DNA of 63,389 nucleotides, counting the filler, from Octopus bimaculoides (taxonomy: Eukaryota): the NCBI RefSeq assembly GCF_001194135.2. It is 4 parts of 4 records of this genome, joined end to end, with 100 filler letters (N's around TTAATTAATTAA, not from the genome) between each part and the next. Parts side by side here need not be neighbours in the genome. Positions count along the whole stretch, not along the records: positions 21,807 to 47,915 come from NC_068986.1; positions 48,016 to 55,492 come from NC_068983.1; 2 more parts are not named here. One strand, given 5' to 3'. Made by a program: the position numbers and the translations under genes. Positions 39,981 to 52,922 of the stretch are shown here, one piece after another (positions within the stretch are counted from its first letter, which is position 1; each line of letters opens with the position of its first letter). The notes under the pieces are model-generated. The model ran no database searches and had not been told where the DNA came from. It saw only the letters and a program-made list of their open reading frames with translations.

Positions 39981-41125
39981 GTGAATTTCTTCGTACCCAA
40001 GAAATTGGTAAGACCTGGGTTGCGGTGCAGGTTTATATCAAATTTCGAACATATTGACTCCTTATCAAGCTTACCAACAACGAAACTCCATATTTGTGTT
40101 GTGATACTCAAACAACTGGGGAACGTCAAACAATATATTTAAGGAGCGCATAGAATTTTCAGAAGAGTCTTAAAACGTGAATATATTCAGATATAACGAA
40201 ATGTATACATTGAATGAATAAGCTTCTCTCTTTTTTATTTCCATCCCTATTTCTCTTCACATTCACTTGTATCTTTACATCCGAACACAAACATCTCTTT
40301 TTTTTCTTCTCATTTCTGCATGCGCATTCACATACATATATACAGACATACGCCATTTGTCTCCATTGAAAGGTATGTAATTGTAGCACACTTTATATAC
40401 ATATAGATACATACAAAGGTGCCATTTACTTATATGAGAAACAATGAGAAAATATAAGGATGTAACTAAACTGTGGATGAAGAAAATGTAGCGAATATAC
40501 GGGAAAATACACTAACAAAATACAATGTTATGGCGCCATGTTTGATGTTGCGTGACTAGTAGACGAAAAGAGAACAAAGCAAAAAACGTTCCAATATATG
40601 GCAACGAATACCTCAGCAAATTCTATTGTTGTGTAGTGTATAGTAAACGTGAGAATGACGTGTTTTTCTTCTTTCACAATTTAAGAACTGTACCTTTATA
40701 CATAGCACGCACCAATACAGATCAATGCTTAAGATGAAATCTTTAAGAACCTATATCGTCTCCATCGTCAATTAGTAGGTAAAATGGTACTAATTTAGTA
40801 TGGTATTTAGAATTTGGTAGACGTTATAAACAAGAATACATACATGCATACACACACACACACACGCACACATACATATATATATGTATATGTACAAATA
40901 TATATATACACATGTGTGTGTGTGTGTGTGTGTGCACGCGCACATACACACACACCTGTATATATCGTATATGCAAACAACGACAAAAGACGGAAATGAT
41001 GACAATAATGGTGATGGAGATTATGAAAAGATGGAGGAGGAGGAGGAGGAAAGGAGGAAGTCTGTCACATTGGCCCAATATCAGATATTGGTATAGTCTA
41101 CAGAATCAACCTCCATTATATCACT

Positions 41126-41545
41126 GTTATACATAACATGAAACACGACGAAATTTGAACTGGTAATTTAGATAGAGGCATTTAAAATGTTACAGAAAAG
41201 TCAATTTACGCATTGCTCAATTTACGCATTGCTCATTTTGTTTACGACAGGTATAATTACCCAGACAGGAACATGTATCATACATCAAAATGAAGCTGGT
41301 CCTCTGTGGATCACATCCCAACTTCTCAACATAGTCACCGTTTCTCTCAATAGCAATGTTCCCCCTTCGAATGAGAGTATGTATCCCTGCTCCGTAAAAT
41401 TCTGTTGACTGTTCTTTGAGCCACTTCTTCACTACAGTTTTCACTTCCTCGTCACTGGACTATCATCTCGTCGGCCCCATGGAAGAGGGTTTGGGAGGTA
41501 AACCTTATTCCAGTGACGACGAAGTGAAAACTGTAGTGAAGGAGA
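41126..41545 (-). mobile_element. Mariner 3' fragment with internal inversion-duplication
   Basis: Minus strand EVKTVVKKWLKEQSTEFYGAGIHTLIRRGNIAIERNGDYVEK; plus strand DYHLVGPMEEGLGGKPYSSDDEVKTVVK. Confidence 0.8.
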
Positions 41546-42324
41546 GAAAGGGTGACATCGTTCAAAAACTATGACAATGCNNNNNNNNNNNNNNNNNNNN
41601 NNNNNNNNNNNNNNNNNNNNNNNNNNNNNNNNNNNNNNNNNNNNNNNNNNNNNNNNNNNNNNNNNNNNNNNNNNNNNNNNNNNNNNNNNNNNNNNNNNNN
41701 NNNNNNNNNNNNNNNNNNNNNNNNNNNNNNNNNNNNNNNNNNNNNNNNNNNNNNNNNNNNNNNNNNNNNNNNNNNNNNNNNNATATATATTAACCAAATC
41801 AAATTTTTATTTTATGATCATAATTCAGTGAGCATGCTGATATTTGTCCTTAAATATTATCACACTGTTTACCTACTTCAGTCGTTTGAATAATCGGCAA
41901 CGTGAAACTAAGAGTTACGTTTCAAGAAACTTTAGCTTCTCATAATGCCTGTTTGTATGTGAATATGTGAGAGTGCGTGTGTGTGTGTGTGTGTGTATGC
42001 TTGTGTGTGGAGGAGGGATGTGTATGCGTGTGGAGGGGGATGTGTGTATGTATGCAGGGAGATATGTCCACGCGCACACGTGAAATTTACTCTTTTGCCT
42101 GAGAGCATTTAGTGCAAGCTTACATACATCTGTCTCCACATCAGTTTGTGACGTATATGTACATAAAGAGTACACGTGTATTGGACTTCTGTCTACCTCT
42201 CTCATTCTCTCCCTCTCCCTCTCTCACTATCTATCTATTTATTTATCTATCTACTTATGTATCACCTTGTCTTTCCATTCTCTGTCTCTATATATATGTA
42301 CACACACATATGTATATATATATG

Positions 42325-42357
<33 letters not shown>

Positions 42358-42529
42358 CAAATTATATATATATGTATGTATATATATATGTATATTATAT
42401 ATATATATATATATGTTTTAATATATATGCACAAATATATATATTTACATACACATATATACACGTAATAACAATACCACCACCACCATCAACAACAACA
42501 ACAATAGTAATGATAAAAGCTATATTCAA

Positions 42530-42580
42530 ACTAATAATAATGATAATATTGATAATTATAATAATGATAACAACAAAAAC

Positions 42581-42635
<55 letters not shown>

Positions 42636-42679
42636 TTAATGATAATAATAATCTTAATGATAATAATAATCTTAATAAC

Positions 42680-42725
<46 letters not shown>
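42530..42725. repeat. (ATA)n microsatellite
   Basis: Direct reading. Confidence 0.95.
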
Positions 42726-44111
42726 TGTGTACATATGGATGCAAGTATGTATGTGTGTATATATGTATGGATAGTATGTGTGTTTATGTGTGTTTATGTG
42801 TGTGTATGTGTTTGCAATCCCGACCCCACAATCTACAACTTCAGTTGTCTCCCCTCCAACTCCTCCCACCTATTTTGCCAGCTGTCTCCGTGCTTCTCCC
42901 TATTCTACTCAACTTGAAACACCATCCTCTCTCTCTCTCTCCATCCTCTCTCTCTCTCTCCATCCTCTCTCTTCATCCTCTCCATTCCCCCTCCCCTCCC
43001 CTCTCTACACTCCATTTCCTTAGCTATCCCTTTTCCTTGATTTCTAACTTAACGTTACCCACAATTTGCCCTCTGTTTCNNNNNNNNNNNNNNNNNNNNN
43101 NNNNNNNNNNNNNNNNNNNNNNNNNNNNNNNNNNNNNNNNNNNNNNNNNNNNNNNNNNNNNNNNNNNNNNNNNNNNNNNNNNNNNNNNNNNNNNNNNNNN
43201 NNNNNNNNNNNNNNNNNNNNNNNNNNNNNNNNNNNNNNNNNNNNNNNNNNNNNNNNNNNNNNNNNNNNNNNNNNNNNNNNNNNNNNNNNNNNNNNNNNNN
43301 NNNNNNNNNNNNNNNNNNNNNNNNNNNNNNNNNNNNNNNNNNNNNNNNNNNNNNNNNNNNNNNNNNNNNNNNNNNNNNNNNNNNNNNNNNNNNNNNNNNN
43401 NNNNNNNNNNNNNNNNNNNNNNNNNNNNNNNNNNNNNNNNNNNNNNNNNNNNNNNNNNNNNNNNNNNNNNNNNNNNNNNNNNNNNNNNNNNNNNNNNNNN
43501 NNNNNNNNNNNNNNNNNNNNNNNNNNNNNNNNNNNNNNNNNNNNNNNNNNNNNNNNNNNNNNNNNNNNNNNNNNNNNNNNNNNNNNNNNNNNNNNNNNNN
43601 NNNNNNNNNNNNNNNNNNNNNNNNNNNNNNNNNNNNNNNNNNNNNNNNNNNNNNNNNNNNNNNNNNNNNNNNNNNNNNNNNNNNNNNNNNNNNNNNNNNN
43701 NNNNNNNNNNNNNNNNNNNNNNNNNNNNNNNNNNNNNNNNNNNNNNNNNNNNNNNNNNNNNNNNNNNNNNNNNNNNNNNNNNNNNNNNNNNNNNNNNNNN
43801 NNNNNNNNNNNNNNNNNNNNNNNNNNNNNNNNNNNNNNNNNNNNNNNNNNNNNNNNNNNNNNNNNNNNNNNNNNNNNNNNNNNNNNNNNNNNNNNNNNNN
43901 NNNNNNNNNNNNNNNNNNNNNNNNNNNNNNNNNNNNNNNNNNNNNNNNNNNNNNNNNNNNNNNNNNNNNNNNNNNNNNNNNNNNNNNNNNNNNNNNNNNN
44001 NNNNNGCTCCACCCCTCCCTGCTCCACCCCTCCTTCCCTTCCTTGACGATTGTGGTGTTGGCGTTGTTTTTCTCTCTTTTTCATTCTTCCTTTCTTTATC
44101 TTTCTCTCTTC

Positions 44112-44155
<44 letters not shown>

Positions 44156-44235
44156 TTTTACAGTTCTCCTTTCTCTTTTTCCCTGATCCATTCATTCTCT
44201 TTACATTCTCTCTCCCTCACTGCCCCTCTCCCCTC

Positions 44236-44294
<59 letters not shown>

Positions 44295-44617
44295 CTCATT
44301 GTCTCTATCTCACGTTTCCTTTTAGTTTCGCTTTCTTTCCTTAAAGACATTGTATAACGTTGAATGAACCGTAAACTACCAAATACACCCCATAATTTTC
44401 TTTTGAAAAAAAAAGACAAAACAAAAGCAAGGAAACAAAGAACAAAAAAACAACAACCGAAGATATATATATATATAAATATATATATATTTAACGACAT
44501 GAGCAGACATGGCCCAGCGGGGTCTGCCTTGGTGACATACTTCCCTATTTTTCAGTTATTATGTATTACTAATGTTTTTGTTGTTGGTGGTGCTGTAATT
44601 GTTGTTGTTTGACTCCA

Positions 44618-44960
44618 GGTGAAGGCACATTGCTCAATGGTTAGAGCGTCAGGCTCACAATCATGAGGTAGTGCGTTCGATTCCCGGACCGGACTTTGTG
44701 TTGTGTTCTTGGGTAAGAAACTTTGTATCACGTTGCTCCAGTTCATTCAGCTGTAGAAATGAGTTGCGATGTCACTGGTGCTAACCTGTACCAGCCTTTG
44801 CCTTTCACTTGGATAACATCAGTGGCGTGTAGAGGGGCGGCTGGTATGCATGGTTGACTGCTGGTCTTCCATAAACAACCTTACCTGGACTTGTGCCTCG
44901 GAAGGGAACTATCTTAGTGTAATTCCATGATCCCTCATGACCGAAGGGGGTCTTTACTTT
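44618..44960 (+). mobile_element. tRNA-derived SINE family C
   Basis: TGGTTAGAGCG A box, GTTCGATTCCC B box, tail CATGACCGAAGGGGG (also on the minus strand at 37485-37535). Confidence 0.8.
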
Positions 44961-45061
44961 TTTAACCCTAAGCCATGAGAAATTTAGCAGACTTAGGACC
45001 AGAAATGCTTCAGCGTTGACCAAGTCCTTATTCTTTCGGTAGACATGGCGTACGTTGAAAC

Positions 45062-45278
45062 TATGAGTGGGTGCTGAAAAGTTCTTGGTTTGGGGTAAAA
45101 CAAAATACAGGAAGATCAGTTAACTATGATTTTATTCAGCATATTCCCCTCTCAGATTCACACACATGCTGCAACGGTCCTTCAGTTTTTATAAACCCTG
45201 TTAAAACATCGGATGGTTGGGCCTCCAGTCAGGCCTTTCGCGATACCTTTGAGGTCAGAAGCTCTGCAGTATACCATC
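45062..45278 (-). mobile_element. Mariner 3' terminus fragment
   Basis: Reverse complement ends ...KDRCSMCVNLRGEYAE* followed by a TIR-like end at TA. Confidence 0.7.
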
Positions 45279-45563
45279 GTGTATGTGTGTGTGTGCATAT
45301 ATAAATATATATATATGTATGTATGTATATGATGTATGTGTATATATTTATATATANNNNNNNNNNNNNNNNNNNNNNNNNNNNNNNNNNNNNNNNNNNN
45401 NNNNNNNNNNNNNNNNNNNNNNNNNNNNNNNNNNNNNNNNNNNNNNNNNNNNNNNNNNNNNNNNNNNNNNNNNNNNNNNNNNNNNNNNNNNNNNNNNNNN
45501 NNNNNNNNNNNNNNNNNNNNNNNNNNNNNNNNNNNNNNNNNGCATATATATTTATATGTAAAT

Positions 45564-45780
45564 TCGAGTGGGTGCTGGAAAGTTCCTGGCTTTGGGTAAA
45601 GCAAAATATACGAGAATCAGTTAATTATGATTTTATTCAACATATTCCTCTCTGAAAATCACATTTATTGCATCGGTCCTTCAGTTTTTCTAAGCACTGT
45701 AAAAGAACTCCGCAAGTGTGGCCGCCAACCAGGCCTTTCGCGACATCCTTAAAGTCAGGAAGTTTTCAGTATCCTCTCGT
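45564..45780 (-). mobile_element. Second diverged copy of the same mariner 3' terminus
   Basis: Colinear with 45062-45278 but with many substitutions. Confidence 0.68.
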
Positions 45781-46062
45781 ACATTATCCAATGCATCCCG
45801 ATGCAAAAGAAATTCAGCTGCTTTTTCTGGAATAAGGATCACTAATGTTGATGTTTCCACGTTAGTCACTCTTTCTTAGTCTTTGTGGCAGTCGTTTAAC
45901 TCCAGCTTGGCCTAACATAAAAATGTTGGCATTCAATGAACCTTTTTCTCATTGTTATATTTTGGGACGGTCATTTTTTATTGGGTGGGGGGCAATAAAC
46001 ACGCATTATACATTTGTTCTTCAGTCATTTATTACTGTTCTTAATTTATCTTATGTCCATAG

Positions 46063-46111
46063 ACCAAGCGGAACAGGAGGATACACATGGACAGAAAGGG
46101 TCGCTGAAGAG
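46063..46111 (+). CDS. Candidate small exon, phase 2-0 (R-PSGTGGYTWTERVAEE)
   Basis: tttatcttatgtccatAG / GAG-GTAACA; GC-richer island in AT-rich DNA; start phase is compatible with the 39403 exon. Confidence 0.3.
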
Positions 46112-46660
46112 GTAACAGATGAGTGACGAAAGATTTCCGGACAATGGACATAAGATAAAATAAGAACAATAATAAATATATAGTGCGTGTGCTTATTTGG
46201 CAACAAAAAGAAAAAAAAATAACCATACCGAAAAATATCAATAAATATTTCAACACACGATTTCACATCAAGAATCTTGCAACACAGATTCATAAACGTA
46301 ACTTTTTTTTATTCAAATAGTGTATCCCAGACAATATTGTCCATTGTGACGTTTCCTTTAAGACTAGTGAGTTCGATTTGAGATAGATCTGGCTGTTATT
46401 TTTTGCCAGTTGCCTGACCACGTAATAGGGCTCTTCCATTTGATCGGACAACGCGTATGTTGTGCTGTGGATGTCTTTATAATTTTAATTCAAATCCTAG
46501 TCTTCAGCTATCTCTCTTCCTGATTCTCTCTCTCTCTCCCACTCCCCCTCTCTCTCTCACTCCCCCTCTCTCTCTCACTCCCCCTCGCTCTCTGTCTCTC
46601 ACGCACATGTGCATTCATATGCACACACTTTTTCTTCCTTTCTTTCTTCTTTTCTTTATT

Positions 46661-46696
<36 letters not shown>

Positions 46697-47149
46697 TCCT
46701 TCTTTCTTCCTTTCTCTCTCTCCTACACACACACACAAACACACATATACATCCACACACACACTTACCATTTTCGAAACTTTTAATCTTTCTTTTTTCC
46801 GTTCTTTCTTCCTTCCTTTCTTTCTTTCTTTTTTTCGTTCTTTCTTTCTTTATTTCTTTCTTTCTTTTTTTCTTTCTCTCCTTCCATTTCTTCCCCCTCT
46901 CTCTCTCCCTCTCGTTACTCCCACCATCTCAACCTATATCTACTCCTCCCTCAATTTCCTTATCTTTGTCTTTATATCAGCCTAATGCAAAAATGTCTCT
47001 TTGGCACACTTTTGCTTTCGTTCGATAATCAAGTTTTATATCTTTGTCTCTCTTCTCCTACTCCTCCTCTCTCCACCTCACTCTATCCCACTCTATCTCT
47101 CTTTCAGCTCATTTAACATCCATGCGCACTTATACATAAGTGCATACAA

Positions 47150-47216
<67 letters not shown>

Positions 47217-47220
47217 ATAC

Positions 47221-47261
<41 letters not shown>

Positions 47262-47271
47262 NNNNNNNNNN

Positions 47272-47340
<69 letters not shown>
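47150..47340. repeat. (TATC)n-(CT)n compound microsatellite
   Basis: Direct reading. Confidence 0.95.
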
Positions 47341-47341
<1 letters not shown>

Positions 47342-47731
47342 CATTCCCTCAGCTCTGACCTATATTTTCCTATTACACCCCTACCACCCCTACCAACGTT
47401 CTTGCTTCTCCTTCGTTACAACTCATTAGGTGGGTTAGACCCATCGACTGTTGCATGATGTCCTACACACGTCTTGAGTCACCATACACATACACACATG
47501 CACACGCATACGTACACCACCACCGCTTCCACATCCACCTCCACCACTACCTCAACCACTAATATCACCACACCGCCATCACTAGCACCACCTATACCAG
47601 CACCACCACCTCACCAGCAGCAGCAGCACCACCACCACCACCACCACTTCCACCTCCACACCTCCACCACCACATCGACAACTAATACACACGCACACGC
47701 ATACACACACACGGACATGCGCACATAACGT

Positions 47732-47773
<42 letters not shown>

Positions 47774-48032
47774 GCATATAGAGATTTATGTGCACATTTA
47801 CACGTATACATACATATATATATGCATATATATGCTTACACATATACACACCCGTATAAACTTTTATAAATATGATATATATGTATGCATATATGTATAT
47901 ATATATATATATATANNNNNNNNNNNNNNNNNNNNNNNNNNNNNNNNNNNNNNNNNNNNTTAATTAATTAANNNNNNNNNNNNNNNNNNNNNNNNNNNNN
48001 NNNNNNNNNNNNNNNTATATATATATATATAT

Positions 48033-48180
48033 GTGCGCTGGCGTGCTTGTGTGGTAAGTAGGTTGCTTCCCAACCACATGCTTCTGGGTTCAGTCCCCAG
48101 CGTGACACCTTCGGCATCAGTCTTCTGCTATAGCCTTGGACCGAACAAATCCTTGTAGACAGAAAGCAGCCTGTGGTATA
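48033..48180 (+). mobile_element. SINE family B head
   Basis: GCTTCCCAACCACATG..GGGTTCAGTCCC. Confidence 0.8.
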
Positions 48181-48507
48181 TATATGTGTGTGTGTGTGTG
48201 TGTGTGCCACTACCACTACTATTTTTACTAATGTGCTATTATTATTATTAGCAGCAGCAGCAGTAGTAGTAGTAGTAGTTGTTGTTGTAGTAAGATGAAA
48301 GTACAAGCGTGCGTATGAATTTTAAGTATAAAGGCATGAATATAACGATGCTATTCTGTCATTTCTCAGACATAGCTTCATATAAAATAATTTACCAAAC
48401 AAACATCTCTCAAGAAATGTATTGCAACGTTTGTTTTTAAATTGACTATAATATTAGAAATAAATTATTTACATATCTCGTTATATATATATATATTTTT
48501 TTTCCAG

Positions 48508-48618
48508 TTGATCCGTGTAGTAGCAACCCGTGTGATAATGGAGGTATATGTTTAAACCGAGGACGTAATTTCTCATGTGAATGCAAACCTGGTTTCAGGG
48601 GACATAACTGTTCAATAA
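48508..48618 (+). CDS. EGF-repeat gene, EGF exon 1 ([37 protein letters not shown])
   Basis: tttccAG acceptor and GTAAG donor; 111 bp, phase 1-1; six Cys spaced C-x4-C-x5-C-x8-C-x-C-x8-C. Confidence 0.94.
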
Positions 48619-48667
48619 GTAAGATAAAGATTTTACTCGTACTTCACACTTGCCTTACATTTCTTTG

Positions 48668-48721
<54 letters not shown>

Positions 48722-48759
48722 TGTATGTGTGCGGGTGCGTGCTTGTGTGTGTGTAGGTG

Positions 48760-48894
48760 TAGGGTTGGTTGTGTAAGAGGTTTGCTTCCCAACCACATGG
48801 TTCCGGTTTGATTCCTGCAGCGTGCTACTTTAGGAAAGTGCATTTTCAGTGGATTTGGTAAACGAAATCTGTGTTGACTCCCGTTCGTGTATAC

Positions 48895-48943
<49 letters not shown>

Positions 48944-49140
48944 TTGTTTTTGTGTTTGTATTTGCTCCTCTCCCACTGGTGCTGTTTACCTACGTCAGTG
49001 TAAATTAACGGTTCGGCGAAAGAAACTGATACAAGTATCAGACGTAAAATATAAATCCTGTGGTCAATTTCTTTGACTAAACCCTTCGAGATGGTGTCCA
49101 GTATGGCCTTATTCTACCGACTAAAACTAATAAAAATATA
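48760..49140 (+). mobile_element. SINE family B (head, (TG)n, tail) in intron 1 of the EGF array
   Basis: GCTTCCCAACCACATGGTTCCGG head and GCGGTTCGGC-type tail. Confidence 0.75.
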
Positions 49141-49394
49141 AACGTTAGAAAGGTTATGATTACTGCATCTTACTTGTTACGGAGGTTTTACTAATATTTA
49201 TTATTAAGCCTTTATACATTTCAAAGATTGATATCATGTTTGACAGTAATTCTGTTTCTCGTTACCTATAGATTGTTCAGGTAATGATCAAGAAAAAATA
49301 CCTATTTTATTGAATGAGACTATGCTACTCCTGGGGTAATGTAAATTGAAGAAATTGAAAAGTTGGTGGAGATCAAAATAGTATAAACACTCGG

Positions 49395-49600
49395 GAAAAT
49401 TTTTCTTAAAGATTCAAGGTGTAAAATTCGGGGGAAGAGGGAAACTCCATTACATCGACTCCTGTGCTTGACTCGTACTTAATATACTCATCACCCGAAA
49501 GGATGAAAGTTAAAGGTAACCTCGGATAACTCAAGAAACTAGAAGAAATACCACTAAGTATTTTGTCCGGTGTGCTAAGTGTTAAGCCAGATCGCCGCCA
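49395..49600 (-). mobile_element. SINE family A in intron 1 of the EGF array
   Basis: CCCGAAAGGATGAAAGTTAAAGGTAACCTCGG core. Confidence 0.72.
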
Positions 49601-49762
49601 TTTTGAAAAATATATAACTCCTGTGTTAAAGAAAAATAAAATAAAGAAATAGAAAGGTTAACCAAATAAAATAATATATTAAACAAGGCATTGTTTATAT
49701 ATATGTACATTAGCAAGATTGCTGTATAAGAGAATAAAATTCTTATTAATATTGCCTTACAG

Positions 49763-49873
49763 TTGATCCATGCAGTAGTACTCCATGTCAGAATGGAGGA
49801 GAATGCACAAACGTCGGGTCTACGTTTGTGTGTGACTGTGCAGTTGGTTACACACTTAGTAACTGCTCTGAAT
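49763..49873 (+). CDS. EGF exon 2 (DPCSSTPCQNGGECTNVGSTFVCDCAVGYTLSNCSE)
   Basis: ccttacAG / GTAAGT; 111 bp, phase 1-1; EGF Cys spacing. Confidence 0.94.
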
Positions 49874-49933
49874 GTAAGTATAACATATTCTTTCTGTTCA
49901 AGATACAAAGAGAAATTAACGCCAGTACTGGTG

Positions 49934-50016
<83 letters not shown>

Positions 50017-50601
50017 CTCACTCACTTTCTATTTTTTGTCTCTTACTCTAAATTTCTAAACTTCCGGTAAATCTTGTTCCTATTCAATTAATGAAGAGAT
50101 GGATATTATTAGGTAGAGCTGGTTGAGGGAATTTAACTTTCGGTAAATAGTTTATAAGATTTGAGTTCGAGCCTACAACTAGCGAATCAAATCGGTATAT
50201 GTGTAAGAAATACACGTGACTCGGCACTCATTTCAGTCTGCAATCATCACTGGATAACATCCAGTATACAGGGCGATTATATATAAACCGTTTAATGCCG
50301 TAAGAATAGAGGTATGTATCTCCCCACAAGAGCCATAATGGAATAATGATGACAAGGAGACATATATATATAGTGATATTTCTGGTATTAATGTAGTATC
50401 TTCAATTGGCAAGTTAATATATTAACATTTATTAGCATTAACATATTATCTTCATTAAGGTTTACTAATCATTCAAGATATTTTTCATATAAGTTTAAAA
50501 TATACACTGCAATACAGTATATCTATGAATACACTATCATTTTCGCACCAACTTCTCATAAACGACATATTCCTAAAATACTCTGTTTTTTCCATGCTTA
50601 G

Positions 50602-50712
50602 TCAACCCTTGCCAGAGCGACCCCTGCCAAAACAACGGAATATGTAGTATCACAGAATCAGATTACGTATGTCAATGTCTTCCAGGATTCAAGGGACCTA
50701 CGTGTTCAATTA
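50602..50712 (+). CDS. EGF exon 3 (NPCQSDPCQNNGICSITESDYVCQCLPGFKGPTCSI)
   Basis: ttttttccatgcttAG / GTAAGC; 111 bp, phase 1-1; EGF Cys spacing. Confidence 0.94.
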
Positions 50713-51514
50713 GTAAGCAGAGATTTTTGGTTCTCATTTAAAACGATGAAAAACAAATTTTATTACTTATGTTTCACATTATCTATTGCGATGATTTTAT
50801 TCAGTCAGTTACTAATTCAACCTTAAGCAAAGAACTCGAGGCATGTTTAAATGAATATATAACCTTTCTGATGGTTCCATTCGAAGTAGATAGATCTATA
50901 AGTTATAGCATGTAGAATATTGAGTTAGAAATCCCTTTGAGTAGAAAAAGTTGAATGCTGTCCGTTGGACGCGAGCCCATATTTTCTGTGAATATCATAG
51001 CTGTACTACTATTATAACAAAGCAAAACTTCAAATTTTCTTCATGTCAAACTTTCTAAATTCTTACCATGTAAACAATGTACAGTTCTCGCTAGTAAGAA
51101 CAAAGCTTTTAAAATAGATGTGGGTTTAAGTTCCATGGGTAGCCCTGGACATTTTTTCCATCCAAAATGTCTTTATTCACCTAACCTTCTACATGCTATT
51201 ATATGTTAAATTATTTACTTCAAATCTCTCGAAGTTCCATTCTCGATGGTAAGAGCAAAGCTTTTAATACGAATGGAGAAAATTCGAGCGGTTTCGTTGG
51301 TAAACTGGTAGTACACCTGTTATATTCATACATGTAGGTTCGAGTCCCATGGGTAACTAACGAATTGTTTTCCATCCAAGGAGTTTTAATCCAATATTCC
51401 ACATACGTTAATTTAGATCTTTATGTAGTTCGAGTTCTAGAGTTAAAAGCGAAATATTTTATGTCTATTGCGGTTTCAAAATTCTCATTTTGTAAATAAA
51501 TATATGTATTATAG

Positions 51515-51625
51515 TTGACCCATGTAGCAGTGGTCCATGTCGATATGGTGGAAAATGCTCAAATCACGGATCTGATTTCAAATGCAAGTGCAAACCAGGT
51601 TATAGGGGAACACATTGCTCAATAA
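51515..51625 (+). CDS. EGF exon 4 (DPCSSGPCRYGGKCSNHGSDFKCKCKPGYRGTHCSI)
   Basis: tattatAG / GTAAGT; 111 bp, phase 1-1; EGF Cys spacing. Confidence 0.94.
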   Translation: MTHVAVVHVDMVENAQITDLISNASANQVIGEHIAQ

Positions 51626-51765
51626 GTAAGTAGAATTAATTAAAATGATTTTGTAACATCGATTTAAAACCGTTAGAATTATTAGCGACTTTCAGAACTG
51701 CCTTTGATATTGTAAATTATTGTATTTGAAATAACAATCTCATAAATATTCACTTTTAATTGCAG

Positions 51766-51876
51766 TTGACCCATGTAGCAGCAATCCATGTAAACATGAA
51801 GGAACATGTTTCAATAGGGGAAGTAATTTTACATGTAACTGCAATCCTGGATTTAGAGGCCTTACGTGTTCTATTG
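51766..51876 (+). CDS. EGF exon 5 ([36 protein letters not shown])
   Basis: ttttaattgcAG / GTGAGT; 111 bp, phase 1-1; EGF Cys spacing. Confidence 0.94.
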
Positions 51877-52811
51877 GTGAGTATACGATTACTTACTGTA
51901 TGTTGCGGTAGTGCTATTTCAAAAGTCGTCTATATCCACAACATACGTTCATAAATATATGCATACATACATGCAGGCGTCATATACATATACATATGCG
52001 TGTATACGTGAAGGCAAGTGTAGCTATATTCATGTGCACACCACATAATTGCATGCATGATTCAAGCATACGTGAACAAGCATACATATATAGTGTATAT
52101 ATACATACATATACGAACACAAACACAAATACGCACACACACACATTATACATATATATATATATACATATGTGTGTGCGTGTGTGCGCGCGTATGTATG
52201 TATATATATATATATNNNNNNNNNNNNNNNNNNNNNNNNNNNNNNNNNNNNNNNNNNNNNNNNNNNNNNNNNNNNNNNNNNNNNNNNNNNNNNNNNNNNN
52301 NNNNNNNNNNNNNNNNNNNNNNNNNNNNNNNNNNNNNNNNNNNNNNNNNNNNNNNNNNNNNNNNNNNNNNNNNNNNNNNNNNNNNNNNNNNNNNNNNNNN
52401 NNNNNNNNNNNNNNNNNNNNNNNNNNNNNNNNNNNNNNNNNNNNNNNNNNNNNNNNNNNNNNNNNNNNNNNNNNNNNNNNNNNNNNNNNNNNNNNNNNNN
52501 NNNNNNNNNNNNNNNNNNNNNNNNNNNNNNNNNNNNNNNNNNNNNNNNNNNNNNNNNNNNNNNNNNNNNNNNNNNNNNTATATATATATGTATGTATATA
52601 TATGTATGCACGTATTATGTACGTATGCATGTATGTATGTGTGTGTATATGTATGTATGTATGTATATATGTACGTACGTAAATGTTTAAGTTAACCAAT
52701 AAAATTGTATATACGTTTGGAGCCATAAAACTAGTGTTGTATTTAACTGTAGTGAAATATTTAACTGTAGTGAAATATTTAACTGACAATTTCTCCTTTT
52801 ATATTAACTAG

Positions 52812-52922
52812 TCGACCCTTGTAGTAGTAACCCGTGTCAAAATGGTGGCATTTGCTCAAACCATGGAGAAAATTATACTTGCGAATGTTTACAAGGATAC
52901 AAAGGAAATGATTGTTCAGTCG
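52812..52922 (+). CDS. EGF exon 6 ([36 protein letters not shown])
   Basis: attaactAG / GTAAGA; 111 bp, phase 1-1; EGF Cys spacing. Confidence 0.94.
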
